IMG/VR virus record: IMGVR_UViG_3300028048_000057
Span: 64,001-128,000 of that record
Strand: one strand, 5' to 3'
Length of the DNA: 64,000 bases
Source of the DNA: a virus
Taxonomy: Duplodnaviria > Caudoviricetes
In this document: positions 19,878 to 27,453 of the stretch, piece after piece
How positions within the stretch are numbered: the stretch's first letter is position 1
Layout: every line of letters begins with the position of its first letter
Translations under genes and position numbers: made by a program
Notes under the pieces: generated by a model
The model's database searches: none
Seen by the model: the letters and a program-made list of their open reading frames with translations, nothing else
What the model was told of the DNA's origin: nothing

Positions 19878-20004
19878 TTAGAACCTATACTTATTTCAGA
19901 AAAATGTTAGGACAAGACTCTATCAAGGGTTCGATTCCCTTCTATCTCAAACTGAGATAGTGGTGTAATGGTAACACAGAGTCACAAACAATTAGTTAGG
20001 TCAA
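19878..20004 (+). ncRNA. Y-RNA (YrlA)-like RNA with a circularly permuted tRNA domain, copy 2
   Basis: GA-ACCTA-TACTTATTTC...TAGT-TAGGT-C enclosing a GACTC/GAGTC stem, T-arm AAGGG-TTCGATT-CCCTT, closed acceptor stem CTATCTCA-AAC-TGAGATAG, D-arm GTGT-AATGGTA-ACAC. Confidence 0.85.
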
Positions 20005-20024
20005 AATTTAATTACATCATTAAA

Positions 20025-20100
20025 TAATAAAGTAGAGCCACTACTTATTTCAGAAGCCCTAAATTGACATTTTAGTTTATACTAGTGTGGCCTATTATTA
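20025..20100 (+). ncRNA. Bulged-helix RNA element, copy 3
   Basis: GA-GCCAC-TACTTATTTC...TAGT-GTGGC-C with compensatory changes; TAATAA/TTATTA outer stem. Confidence 0.75.
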
Positions 20101-20126
20101 TATTAATGGTAGAAAGGAAAAAGAAC

Positions 20127-20708
20127 ATGAAGAAGAATCTATTTATGTTAATCCCTCTTTTAGGATTAATGCTTGTTGGTTGTGGTTCTCAACCTAGTGT
20201 GCATACTCATACCATGACTCATGTTGCAGGTATTGAAGCAACATATACCACAGAAGGTGTTGTTGAACATGACCATTGTACAACATGTGAAAAAGATTTT
20301 GATGCTGATGGAAATGAATTAACTTCAGTAGTTATTCCAGAATTAGAATATTCTAAAACAGTTGATGCTGTTACTTCAGACATTCAAACTACCATTGGTT
20401 CTACAGCACAAGCATTTAATTTATCAAGTTATGCACCAGAAGGAGCCGATTTAACAAACACTCAAGCACCAGAAGATTTATTAGTTGTTCCAGTATCTAT
20501 TCTTTATTCAGTTATGCCAGAATACTTATCAGTAGCAAGTGCTCATTACTATACTACTGAAGAAGATTATTGGGAAGATGAATCAGGTGATACAGTTTAT
20601 TCATTATTGCTTGTTACACCAAGAACAGAAGTAGGTGTTGAAATTGTTGGCTATGTCTACAAAGATGCACTAGTAGGTCAATATAATGTTTTTGAACCAA
20701 AAATTTAA
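20127..20708 (+). CDS. Lipoprotein (start at MKKNLF)
   Basis: Signal peptide with LVGC lipobox; HTH...T.EG...C..C motif seen in Bacillota surface proteins. Confidence 0.75.
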   Translation: MKKNLFMLIPLLGLMLVGCGSQPSVHTHTMTHVAGIEATYTTEGVVEHDHCTTCEKDFDADGNELTSVVIPELEYSKTVDAVTSDIQTTIGSTAQAFNLSSYAPEGADLTNTQAPEDLLVVPVSILYSVMPEYLSVASAHYYTTEEDYWEDESGDTVYSLLLVTPRTEVGVEIVGYVYKDALVGQYNVFEPKI

Positions 20709-20750
20709 TAATTAATAATGCTAAATTATAAAGGAGAATTCCAAACAATT

Positions 20751-20849
20751 ATGAAAAATATTAATAGAGCAAATTTACAATTTACACTTCAACCACTTCC
20801 TTATTGGTATGGTGTTTTGTCTATGCTCTTAAAAGTAAGTAATAATTGA
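20751..20849 (+). CDS. Putative attenuator leader peptide (32 aa)
   Basis: MKNINRANLQFTLQPLPYWYGVLSMLLKVSNN*; AAGGAG at 20731-36; contains an antiterminator segment. Confidence 0.75.
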   Translation: MKNINRANLQFTLQPLPYWYGVLSMLLKVSNN

Positions 20850-20880
20850 AGTAATTCTTAATTAAATTTAAAAAACTTTG

Positions 20881-20911
20881 GGCAGCATAGACAACTATGT
20901 TGCCTTTTTTT
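20881..20911 (+). terminator. Attenuator terminator directly before the tRNA operon
   Basis: GGCAGCATAG-ACAA-CTATGTTGCC-TTTTTTT; 5' arm complementary to 20817-20827. Confidence 0.85.
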
Positions 20912-20914
20912 ATT

Positions 20915-20998
20915 GGGAAGGTAGGTAAGTGGCTAAAACCATCTGACTGTAAATCAGACGCTTAGGCTTCATGTGTTCGAATCACACCCTTCCCACCA
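20915..20998 (+). tRNA. tRNA-Tyr(GTA)
   Basis: Cloverleaf, long variable arm, encoded CCA. Confidence 0.95.
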
Positions 20999-21000
20999 AT

Positions 21001-21089
21001 GCTCCTATGTTGGAATTAGTAGACAACCTAGTTTGAGAGACTAGTGTCCATATAAGGGCGTGCAAGTGCAAGTCTTGCTAGGAGCACCA
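21001..21089 (+). tRNA. tRNA-Leu(GAG)
   Basis: Cloverleaf, long variable arm, T-loop TGCAAGT, CCA. Confidence 0.9.
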
Positions 21090-21093
21090 AAAT

Positions 21094-21170
21094 TGGGATG
21101 TAGACGAATTGGTAAAGTCAAGTGGCTTTGAACCACTTATGTGAGGGTTCGAGACCTTCCATCCCAGCCA
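21094..21170 (+). tRNA. tRNA-Gln(TTG)
   Basis: Cloverleaf, U1-A72, G73, CCA. Confidence 0.95.
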
Positions 21171-21172
21171 AT

Positions 21173-21246
21173 ATGGGTGTAGTTTAATGGCAGAACTATG
21201 GTCTCCAAAACCATTGATGAGAGTTCAATTCTTTCCACCCATGCCA
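21173..21246 (+). tRNA. tRNA-Trp(CCA)
   Basis: Cloverleaf, G73, CCA. Confidence 0.95.
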
Positions 21247-21250
21247 ATAT

Positions 21251-21324
21251 TGAGGGTTCTGTTAATGGTAGGCTTACGGCTTTGGAGACCGTGAATGGGG
21301 GTTCGATTCCCCCACCTTCAACCA
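21251..21324 (+). tRNA. tRNA-Pro(TGG), atypical
   Basis: Acceptor and T arms intact, CCA present; weak D stem; C-A mismatch closing the anticodon loop TTTGGAG. Confidence 0.7.
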
Positions 21325-21328
21325 TAAT

Positions 21329-21404
21329 GGGAGAGTGACCGAAGTAGTTAAGGTGCTGGTCTGAAAAACCAGATATGCTGGTGCGATTCCAACCTCTCCC
21401 ACCA
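21329..21404 (+). tRNA. tRNA-Phe(GAA)
   Basis: Cloverleaf, T-loop TGCGATT, CCA. Confidence 0.9.
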
Positions 21405-21440
21405 TTTATGCTAAATTTAAAGAAAAGAAGGAAAAATAAT

Positions 21441-22160
21441 ATGAAAAAATTAAGTGAATTATTTTGGACTTGTCACACTATAAAATATGATGTGGTAGGG
21501 GATGATGTTAATTATAAGTTTGTAGAGGAAGATTCAACTCTTTATATCTATTTCCAAGGCAGTAATAGTGTTATGGATTGGATTCGTAATTTCTTATTTC
21601 CAGCAAAACCTTATAAAGATATGGAAATTTCTTATAGAGTACATAGAGGTTTTTTAAATGCTTGGAAACAAGTAGAAGATATTGTAATAGATAAAATTCA
21701 AGAAAAAACAACTAAATTAATGTTTAATAAATATAAAAAGAAATATGAAAATAAAGATATATTCAAGTTTAAAAAGATTATTGTAGTTGGATATTCTCAT
21801 GGTGCAGCACTTGCTGGACTTTGTCATGAATGTGTTTGGTATTGGAGACCTGACCTTAGAGAAGATGGTCTTGAGGGTTATGGATTTGAAGCACCAAGAT
21901 TCTATGCTGGATGGCATGTTAAAAAAGCATTAAAAGAAAGATGGTCTAAATTTAAAGTTATTAGATGTAATAATGATTTAGTTACACATTGTCCACCATG
22001 GATTCTTAGATTTATACATGTTACTAAAGACATCCTTAAAATAAAAGGAGACACTAAATTAGTGGATAAGTGGTACATACCAAAATGTGTAAAATCACAC
22101 TTCCCACAAGTAGTAATGGATGGGTTAACAAAATTAGAAAATGAAGAGGCTAACAAATAG
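21441..22160 (+). CDS. Class 3 lipase (alpha/beta hydrolase); start at MKKLSEL
   Basis: FQGS, VHRGF, GYSHG nucleophile elbow, APR, NDLVTHCP. Confidence 0.85.
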   Translation: MKKLSELFWTCHTIKYDVVGDDVNYKFVEEDSTLYIYFQGSNSVMDWIRNFLFPAKPYKDMEISYRVHRGFLNAWKQVEDIVIDKIQEKTTKLMFNKYKKKYENKDIFKFKKIIVVGYSHGAALAGLCHECVWYWRPDLREDGLEGYGFEAPRFYAGWHVKKALKERWSKFKVIRCNNDLVTHCPPWILRFIHVTKDILKIKGDTKLVDKWYIPKCVKSHFPQVVMDGLTKLENEEANK

Positions 22161-22173
22161 TTAGTCTTTTTTT
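22147..22173 (+). terminator. Intrinsic terminator
   Basis: AGGCTAAC-AAATA-GTTAGTCT plus T run. Confidence 0.75.
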
Positions 22174-22183
22174 ATTTTATATA

Positions 22184-22212
22184 TTGACAATTATTTTTAA
22201 AGAGTTTAAAAT
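22184..22212 (+). promoter_or_regulatory. SigmaA-type (early) promoter
   Basis: TTGACA-N17-TAAAAT. Confidence 0.7.
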
Positions 22213-22234
22213 AGTGTCAGAGAAATAAGAAAGT

Positions 22235-22537
22235 ATGAAACAAGTAATAGTTAGAATCAGAGATTGTAGGCCTACTTATACAAAAACAATTGCTAGATAT
22301 TATTTTTTATGTGTATCTAGTTATGAATATGATGTATTGGATTGTGTAAAAACTTTATTTCCAGGACAAGAGATTTGGATTAAAGTAGGAAATTTATATT
22401 CTAAATATATTTCTTATGAAGAATTAGTAGAAAATTCTCAAAAAGATGATATCACTATTGATGAAGAGTTGTATAATAATTTGTTAGAAGATTATAATTT
22501 AAATTATTATATTAATCAATATTTACCTAAATATTAA
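22235..22537 (+). CDS. Hypothetical protein
   Basis: ORF after promoter. Confidence 0.55.
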   Translation: MKQVIVRIRDCRPTYTKTIARYYFLCVSSYEYDVLDCVKTLFPGQEIWIKVGNLYSKYISYEELVENSQKDDITIDEELYNNLLEDYNLNYYINQYLPKY

Positions 22538-22566
22538 AGAAATAAGAAAGGAAACTACATAAAATT

Positions 22567-22965
22567 ATGAAAAAATATGCAATTGTACCTATTAGTATGA
22601 AATCCACATTACCTTGGAATCTTTACATTAGATGTGTTCTTATAGAATACACCCATATGAATAAAAATTTCTTTAAAGGCACTAGATATATTGATTGTAG
22701 TCCTTATTTTAAAGATGGTGAAGTGCAACTTCATTATAAATTTGAAGATGATGGATTTATTTTAGTTAAAGATGACCAAGAAGTTAACAATAAAGTAATA
22801 GAGATTAAAAGAGAATATCATCTTTGTTCTTCTACTTCCATTATAGATAGTAGATTAACTGGGGTTAGATTTACATGTGAAAATGATGAACAAGCAATTG
22901 CTTATTTTAAGAATAGTGAATTTTATGATACTGAAACTCATCCATTACAATTTAAAAGAATTTAA
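22567..22965 (+). CDS. Hypothetical protein
   Basis: ORF with AAGGA RBS. Confidence 0.55.
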   Translation: MKKYAIVPISMKSTLPWNLYIRCVLIEYTHMNKNFFKGTRYIDCSPYFKDGEVQLHYKFEDDGFILVKDDQEVNNKVIEIKREYHLCSSTSIIDSRLTGVRFTCENDEQAIAYFKNSEFYDTETHPLQFKRI

Positions 22966-22982
22966 GGAGTAAATTAAAATTT

Positions 22983-23138
22983 ATGAAAGTATTTAAATAT
23001 ATCTTATATACCTGTGTTGGAATTGTTTTTGGTGCTATAGGTGCATTGTGTATTATTCCATTTATTGCATTATTTTATTTAATAAATTTACCTTGTCTTA
23101 TTGTTAGTGATATTTGGAGGAATTTGAAGAATGAATAA
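22983..23138 (+). CDS. Small membrane protein (51 aa, not in the ORF track)
   Basis: AAGGAG RBS; long hydrophobic stretch; overlaps the next start. Confidence 0.55.
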   Translation: MKVFKYILYTCVGIVFGAIGALCIIPFIALFYLINLPCLIVSDIWRNLKNE

Positions 23139-24234
23139 AAAAGATTTAATTCAACCAACACCTACTTTATATGGTGAAGATGCAAAATTAGTTTTAAAAG
23201 AAACATTTGAAGTCTCACCAGAACAACTTGAAAAAGTAAAAGAAAGATTAGAGAAGTCTGCTCCAATCTGTTTTAAAGATGATTCAAAGATTGAATTCAT
23301 TCCTCAAATGTATCAAATGATTTCTTCTGAAGAAGAATTGAAATGGTTCTTTGAACATGTTGTAATGAAGCCACAAGTCAATGAATCTTATAGTGCTGTT
23401 TTTGTTTCTAGACATAAGAAACTTACTAAAGAAGAGCAGGAAACAATTGGCCTTACTAGAAAAGAAAGTGAATTTTTAGCAACTCAAACTTTTAGATTAG
23501 GCAAATTCAAAGATGCATTGTATATTGATGAAGATAATAACTGGACTTTTGATAATTTCTTAAAAAGAATTAGAAGATTTAATGTTGATAAATATGCTTA
23601 TACTACAGCATTAGGAGAACCTATTCCTACTAAAACACTTGCTATTATCTTTTATGTTAATCCTTGTGATGATATTAAAGTATGTAGAGAATTTGTTACT
23701 CAATATTGTGATGTTAACCAAGCAATCTCTAAAGCAATGTTATGTGGAAAAACAACTGTAGATAATTTACAAAGTTATCAATGGTTTGGTAATGCTGAAA
23801 ATAATTTAAAGCATCTTAAAGCAAATCAAAAAGGAACTAGATATTGGTTAGATTTTGATATTGATGTTCCTAAATGGTTTAAAAATTCTAAGAGAAAAAA
23901 CATGAATGATAAAACATATTATCAAGTAATGTGTGATGAAATTTTTACAGAAACTTTCGGAAAAGGTAATTATGTAGTAATAGATACATCTGGTGGATAC
24001 CACGTTTTAGTTAAAACTTCTGCTATTAAATCTAATCCACATGATATTTGTAAGAAAGTTGATAGATTATATCAAGAGGGTTTATTAGATGGCCAAGAGC
24101 CTTATCTAGATGATAAAGGTAACTGCAAGTTTGAATGTATCGTTAATGATAGTCAAATTCCAGGCATTCCATTACCAGGTACTTATCAATATGGTAGACC
24201 AGTAACAGTTCTTAATAAGGGAGATTTTGAATAG
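23131..24234 (+). CDS. Archaeo-eukaryotic primase (AEP/prim-pol)-fold protein
   Basis: WLDFDID (DxD), DTSGGYHVLV, IPLPGT motifs. Confidence 0.65.
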   Translation: MNKKDLIQPTPTLYGEDAKLVLKETFEVSPEQLEKVKERLEKSAPICFKDDSKIEFIPQMYQMISSEEELKWFFEHVVMKPQVNESYSAVFVSRHKKLTKEEQETIGLTRKESEFLATQTFRLGKFKDALYIDEDNNWTFDNFLKRIRRFNVDKYAYTTALGEPIPTKTLAIIFYVNPCDDIKVCREFVTQYCDVNQAISKAMLCGKTTVDNLQSYQWFGNAENNLKHLKANQKGTRYWLDFDIDVPKWFKNSKRKNMNDKTYYQVMCDEIFTETFGKGNYVVIDTSGGYHVLVKTSAIKSNPHDICKKVDRLYQEGLLDGQEPYLDDKGNCKFECIVNDSQIPGIPLPGTYQYGRPVTVLNKGDFE

Positions 24235-24502
24235 TATGGGTTGGAAAGAAAATAAAAAGAAACATGATGACTATGTTAACTTTGTGACTAAAGTACTAAG
24301 TGGCTATTATCAGATTTGTACTATTGAAGATTATCTCAAGAAAGAAATTGAAGACTATTTAAAAAAGAAGTATAAGTGGAAATACCCTAGAAATTATGAT
24401 ATGAAATTAATTTCTAAAAGAAAAAATAAATATCATTTTAGAATTATTCCTTATGATATCATTGAAGATATAGATATTAGAATTGATATATCAAGAGAGT
24501 AA
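24227..24502 (+). CDS. Hypothetical protein
   Basis: Tightly packed ORF. Confidence 0.5.
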   Translation: MNSMGWKENKKKHDDYVNFVTKVLSGYYQICTIEDYLKKEIEDYLKKKYKWKYPRNYDMKLISKRKNKYHFRIIPYDIIEDIDIRIDISRE

Positions 24503-24520
24503 AGGAGGAATTTAAATAAT

Positions 24521-24757
24521 ATGCCACTAGAAGCAATAGTAGTTTTAACAACAATGTATGTATTATTTAATATTGGTAGTGTATTCTTTACTTTCTTATG
24601 TGAAGACTTACATTTTCTTAGATTCATGCTTCCAAATGATTTTAAAAGAAGCACTACAATGAATTGGTTTGGATGTTCAGTTATATCCTTACTTTGTTTT
24701 ATATTCTTCCCTTTAATTTACTTGTATAGATTATTTGAGTTTTTATTTCATATTTAA
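24521..24757 (+). CDS. Small membrane protein
   Basis: AAGGAGG RBS; two hydrophobic segments. Confidence 0.6.
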   Translation: MPLEAIVVLTTMYVLFNIGSVFFTFLCEDLHFLRFMLPNDFKRSTTMNWFGCSVISLLCFIFFPLIYLYRLFEFLFHI

Positions 24758-24772
24758 GAGAATATTTATACT

Positions 24773-24997
24773 ATGACTAAAGAAGATTTACTAGAATTAT
24801 TAAATTGTAATTACATATATGTTGCTTTATATAACTGTGATTTTGGAGATGTAAGCGATTACTTTATTGTTAAATTAGAAATTTTTGATTTAACATCTGC
24901 TGGTATAATTGTTAAAGAAAATGAATATGATGTTACATTTATTCCATATGAAGGATTTAAAGAATACTGGGCTATGAATAAGGAGGACCTTAAATAA
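24773..24997 (+). CDS. Hypothetical protein
   Basis: Packed ORF. Confidence 0.5.
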   Translation: MTKEDLLELLNCNYIYVALYNCDFGDVSDYFIVKLEIFDLTSAGIIVKENEYDVTFIPYEGFKEYWAMNKEDLK

Positions 24998-25146
24998 TGA
25001 GAAAACAAAAAGCAATAACTATAGGAAAAGATGGTAGTGTTAGTATTTTAAATTTTTATTTATCAGATGGTTGGAAAGTAGTAGATAAAACAGTATTAGA
25101 TGATAAAGTAATCTATATCTTAGAACTTAATAAAAAGGATTTTTAA
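24997..25146 (+). CDS. Small hypothetical protein (49 aa, not in the ORF track)
   Basis: AAGGAGG RBS; TAATG overlap with the previous stop. Confidence 0.55.
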   Translation: MRKQKAITIGKDGSVSILNFYLSDGWKVVDKTVLDDKVIYILELNKKDF

Positions 25147-25149
25147 ATA

Positions 25150-25548
25150 ATGAGTAAAGAATCAAAAAACTATGGAACTGGTACCACATTTGACGAAATG
25201 ATTGATTATGTAAAGAATATGAAATATATTGATGAAAATGAAGCCAATGATATTCTTGATGGGCTTCTTGAAACTATACTTAAAGAAAACCAAGATATAC
25301 AAAGTTGTTTTGAAGATTATGATTTGTCTATAAAAGACATTCGTAAAGTTTGTGTTTCTTATAAACAAAGAGAAAAACATGAAAAAGCATTAGAGACTAT
25401 TAAAGAAAAAGGTTGGATTGCTCTTGATGTTGATTATGAAAATTATGATGATTGGAAAAAACACCATATAGCATTTATAGATATTGAGACAGGAGAATTT
25501 CCATTAACCCAAAAAGAATTTGACTTATTGAAAGAGGTGTTGTTATGA
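25150..25548 (+). CDS. Hypothetical protein
   Basis: Packed ORF. Confidence 0.55.
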   Translation: MSKESKNYGTGTTFDEMIDYVKNMKYIDENEANDILDGLLETILKENQDIQSCFEDYDLSIKDIRKVCVSYKQREKHEKALETIKEKGWIALDVDYENYDDWKKHHIAFIDIETGEFPLTQKEFDLLKEVLL

Positions 25549-25892
25549 TATACACAAGTTATTTTGCACATATTAGTAAACTACCAAAGGAATATCCATT
25601 ATACTATATATCCAACAGTACTATAAATTCTAGGATACAACAATTATCTTGTGTAGTTCCAGATTGGCATATTGTAAAAGATTACAAAGATGGACTTATA
25701 AATGAAGAAGTTTATACACAGAAGTATTTACAAATGTTAGAAGACAATAAAGAAGAAATATTAAAACAAATTAAAAATTTGCCTAACAATTCAGTATTAT
25801 TGTGTTATGAAGGTAAAACTAAATTTTGTCATAGACATGTATTAGCAGATTGGCTAAAAACATATAATATTGAAATAGAAGAAATTGAATAA
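25545..25892 (+). CDS. DUF488-like protein
   Basis: MIYTSYF...LLCYE...FCHRHVLADWL. Confidence 0.75.
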   Translation: MIYTSYFAHISKLPKEYPLYYISNSTINSRIQQLSCVVPDWHIVKDYKDGLINEEVYTQKYLQMLEDNKEEILKQIKNLPNNSVLLCYEGKTKFCHRHVLADWLKTYNIEIEEIE

Positions 25893-25909
25893 AGGTGTAT
25901 AATAATTAT

Positions 25910-25999
25910 ATGATAGAGAAAATAGCATTGTGTCTAATTGTTTGTGTATTAACTATTGCATTGTTGATATTTATAGATTATCTAGGAGATAGTGATTAA
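25910..25999 (+). CDS. Small hydrophobic peptide (29 aa), possibly leaderless
   Basis: ATG at the predicted start site of the GTGTATAAT promoter (25895-25903); single TM-like segment. Confidence 0.4.
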   Translation: MIEKIALCLIVCVLTIALLIFIDYLGDSD

Positions 26000-26002
26000 G
26001 TT

Positions 26003-26254
26003 ATGAAAAAAGTAGTAATGTATGGTAGACATAGTAAGAAGCCTTTGTTTGTAGGAACAGAAGAGGAATGTCTTAAATGGATTTTCTCCCAAGCAAGTGA
26101 CAATATTAAATATATTAAGGAAGATGGAACGGAAGCCATGCTTGTAAGAGAGGTTCATGCAAAAGAAGGAATTGCTTATGATGTAGGTCAACCTGTTATG
26201 TATCAAATAGTTGAAGCAAAAGAAAATGAAACAAAAGGTATTTACAATAATTAA
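26003..26254 (+). CDS. Hypothetical protein
   Basis: Packed ORF. Confidence 0.55.
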   Translation: MKKVVMYGRHSKKPLFVGTEEECLKWIFSQASDNIKYIKEDGTEAMLVREVHAKEGIAYDVGQPVMYQIVEAKENETKGIYNN

Positions 26255-26273
26255 GAAAGGAAATTAATATTAT

Positions 26274-26552
26274 ATGAAAAAATTATTTCTATCATTATTA
26301 GCAATTGCATCATTAACATTAACAGGATGTAATGCAGACCTTGGATTTGGAAGTTATTCATTCCATTTTGTTCATGTTCAAATGTACAGCATGAGTGAAC
26401 CAGTTCATTTTAGAATAGATACATGGAAAAGTGATGATGGTGGAATAGAACTAAAATTAGTTAATCATGGTACTATTCTCTTAGGAGATGGAACATATAT
26501 GATGTATGATGTTGAAAATTGTCCAATTTGTGGTCATGTGGAGTATAAATAA
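26274..26552 (+). CDS. Small lipoprotein
   Basis: MKK-hydrophobic-LTGC lipobox; C-terminal CPIC. Confidence 0.7.
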   Translation: MKKLFLSLLAIASLTLTGCNADLGFGSYSFHFVHVQMYSMSEPVHFRIDTWKSDDGGIELKLVNHGTILLGDGTYMMYDVENCPICGHVEYK

Positions 26553-26941
26553 TGAAGAAAAAAGATATTATTGATTTGATTATTGCTCATTATGAAGATG
26601 ATTCAAGAACATTTTTCCATAGAACTATTGAGGTTTTAAAAGAATTTCAAGAAGATGGTGATAATGAATTAGTTGAATATGTTAGTAATATTCTAAAGAG
26701 TAAAGTTAAAATTGCTCCAAAAAGAAAATTTACTAAAGTAGAAGATTTACAAGAAGAAATTTCATTTGATGATGCTGTTGATTTAGGTTGGATTCCCATG
26801 AATAGAGATGAAGTAGAAAAATATTCTATCTGTCCAAACTGTGGTAGTGATAATATTGCAGGGAATAGAGATTTTTCTGACCCTTGGATTAAATGCTTAG
26901 ATTGTGGATTCTATTTAAGAGAAGGTAAAAAACATGAGTAA
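26552..26941 (+). CDS. Hypothetical protein with a C-terminal Zn ribbon
   Basis: CPNC...CLDC. Confidence 0.6.
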   Translation: MKKKDIIDLIIAHYEDDSRTFFHRTIEVLKEFQEDGDNELVEYVSNILKSKVKIAPKRKFTKVEDLQEEISFDDAVDLGWIPMNRDEVEKYSICPNCGSDNIAGNRDFSDPWIKCLDCGFYLREGKKHE

Positions 26942-27137
26942 AGATGAGATACTAATGAATATTGCTACTGTAGAAGAAACTAAAGCACAAAACATTATGG
27001 GATGTTCTGAAAACTGGTATAACCCTTACTATGCTATTGGACACACATTTACTTATGAAGAACTATATAAAATGTCAGAAGAAGAACTTAATGATTTAGT
27101 TAAACTTGCTGATAAGATTTCGGAGTATTTATATTAG
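26934..27137 (+). CDS. Hypothetical protein
   Basis: Overlapping start/stop. Confidence 0.55.
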   Translation: MSKDEILMNIATVEETKAQNIMGCSENWYNPYYAIGHTFTYEELYKMSEEELNDLVKLADKISEYLY

Positions 27138-27151
27138 GAGGTGCTATTATA

Positions 27152-27451
27152 ATGAGAAATTATTCTCAAGAAGTAATAAACTTCTTATTAAATCAAGGTG
27201 GTAATATCATTGTTACTTTGAGAGATAATAGTGTTTATGTTGGAACTTTAGTTCCAGGATATGGTTCACATTATAGGCTTATTCCACCTACTATAAATGA
27301 TGGAGGAATGGGTTTTTCAAGAAGTGATATCAAACAAATTGTATTATTTAATGGATTAATATTTCCAAAAGAAATGAGTGGCCCTCATAAAATACTTAAC
27401 ATATTAGAACTAAATGATTTAGTTAACAAAGCAGGATATGAATTTATATAA
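27152..27451 (+). CDS. Hypothetical protein, possible Sm-like/SH3 fold
   Basis: AGGAGGT RBS; IIVTLRDNSVYVGTL...SDIKQI. Confidence 0.5.
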   Translation: MRNYSQEVINFLLNQGGNIIVTLRDNSVYVGTLVPGYGSHYRLIPPTINDGGMGFSRSDIKQIVLFNGLIFPKEMSGPHKILNILELNDLVNKAGYEFI

Positions 27452-27453
27452 TT

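Noticed and set aside
19916-19983. Two-piece tmRNA or a true permuted tRNA gene
   Set aside because: No CCA, no anticodon loop halves, no tag reading frame; the acceptor is closed by a 3-nt loop, which fits a Y-RNA-like mimic better
17734-20092. CRISPR array from the TACTTATTTC repeats
   Set aside because: Only three irregularly spaced copies with covarying stems; no cas genes
21137-21325. Minus-strand 62-aa ORF
   Set aside because: Antisense shadow of the tRNA-Gln, -Trp and -Pro genes
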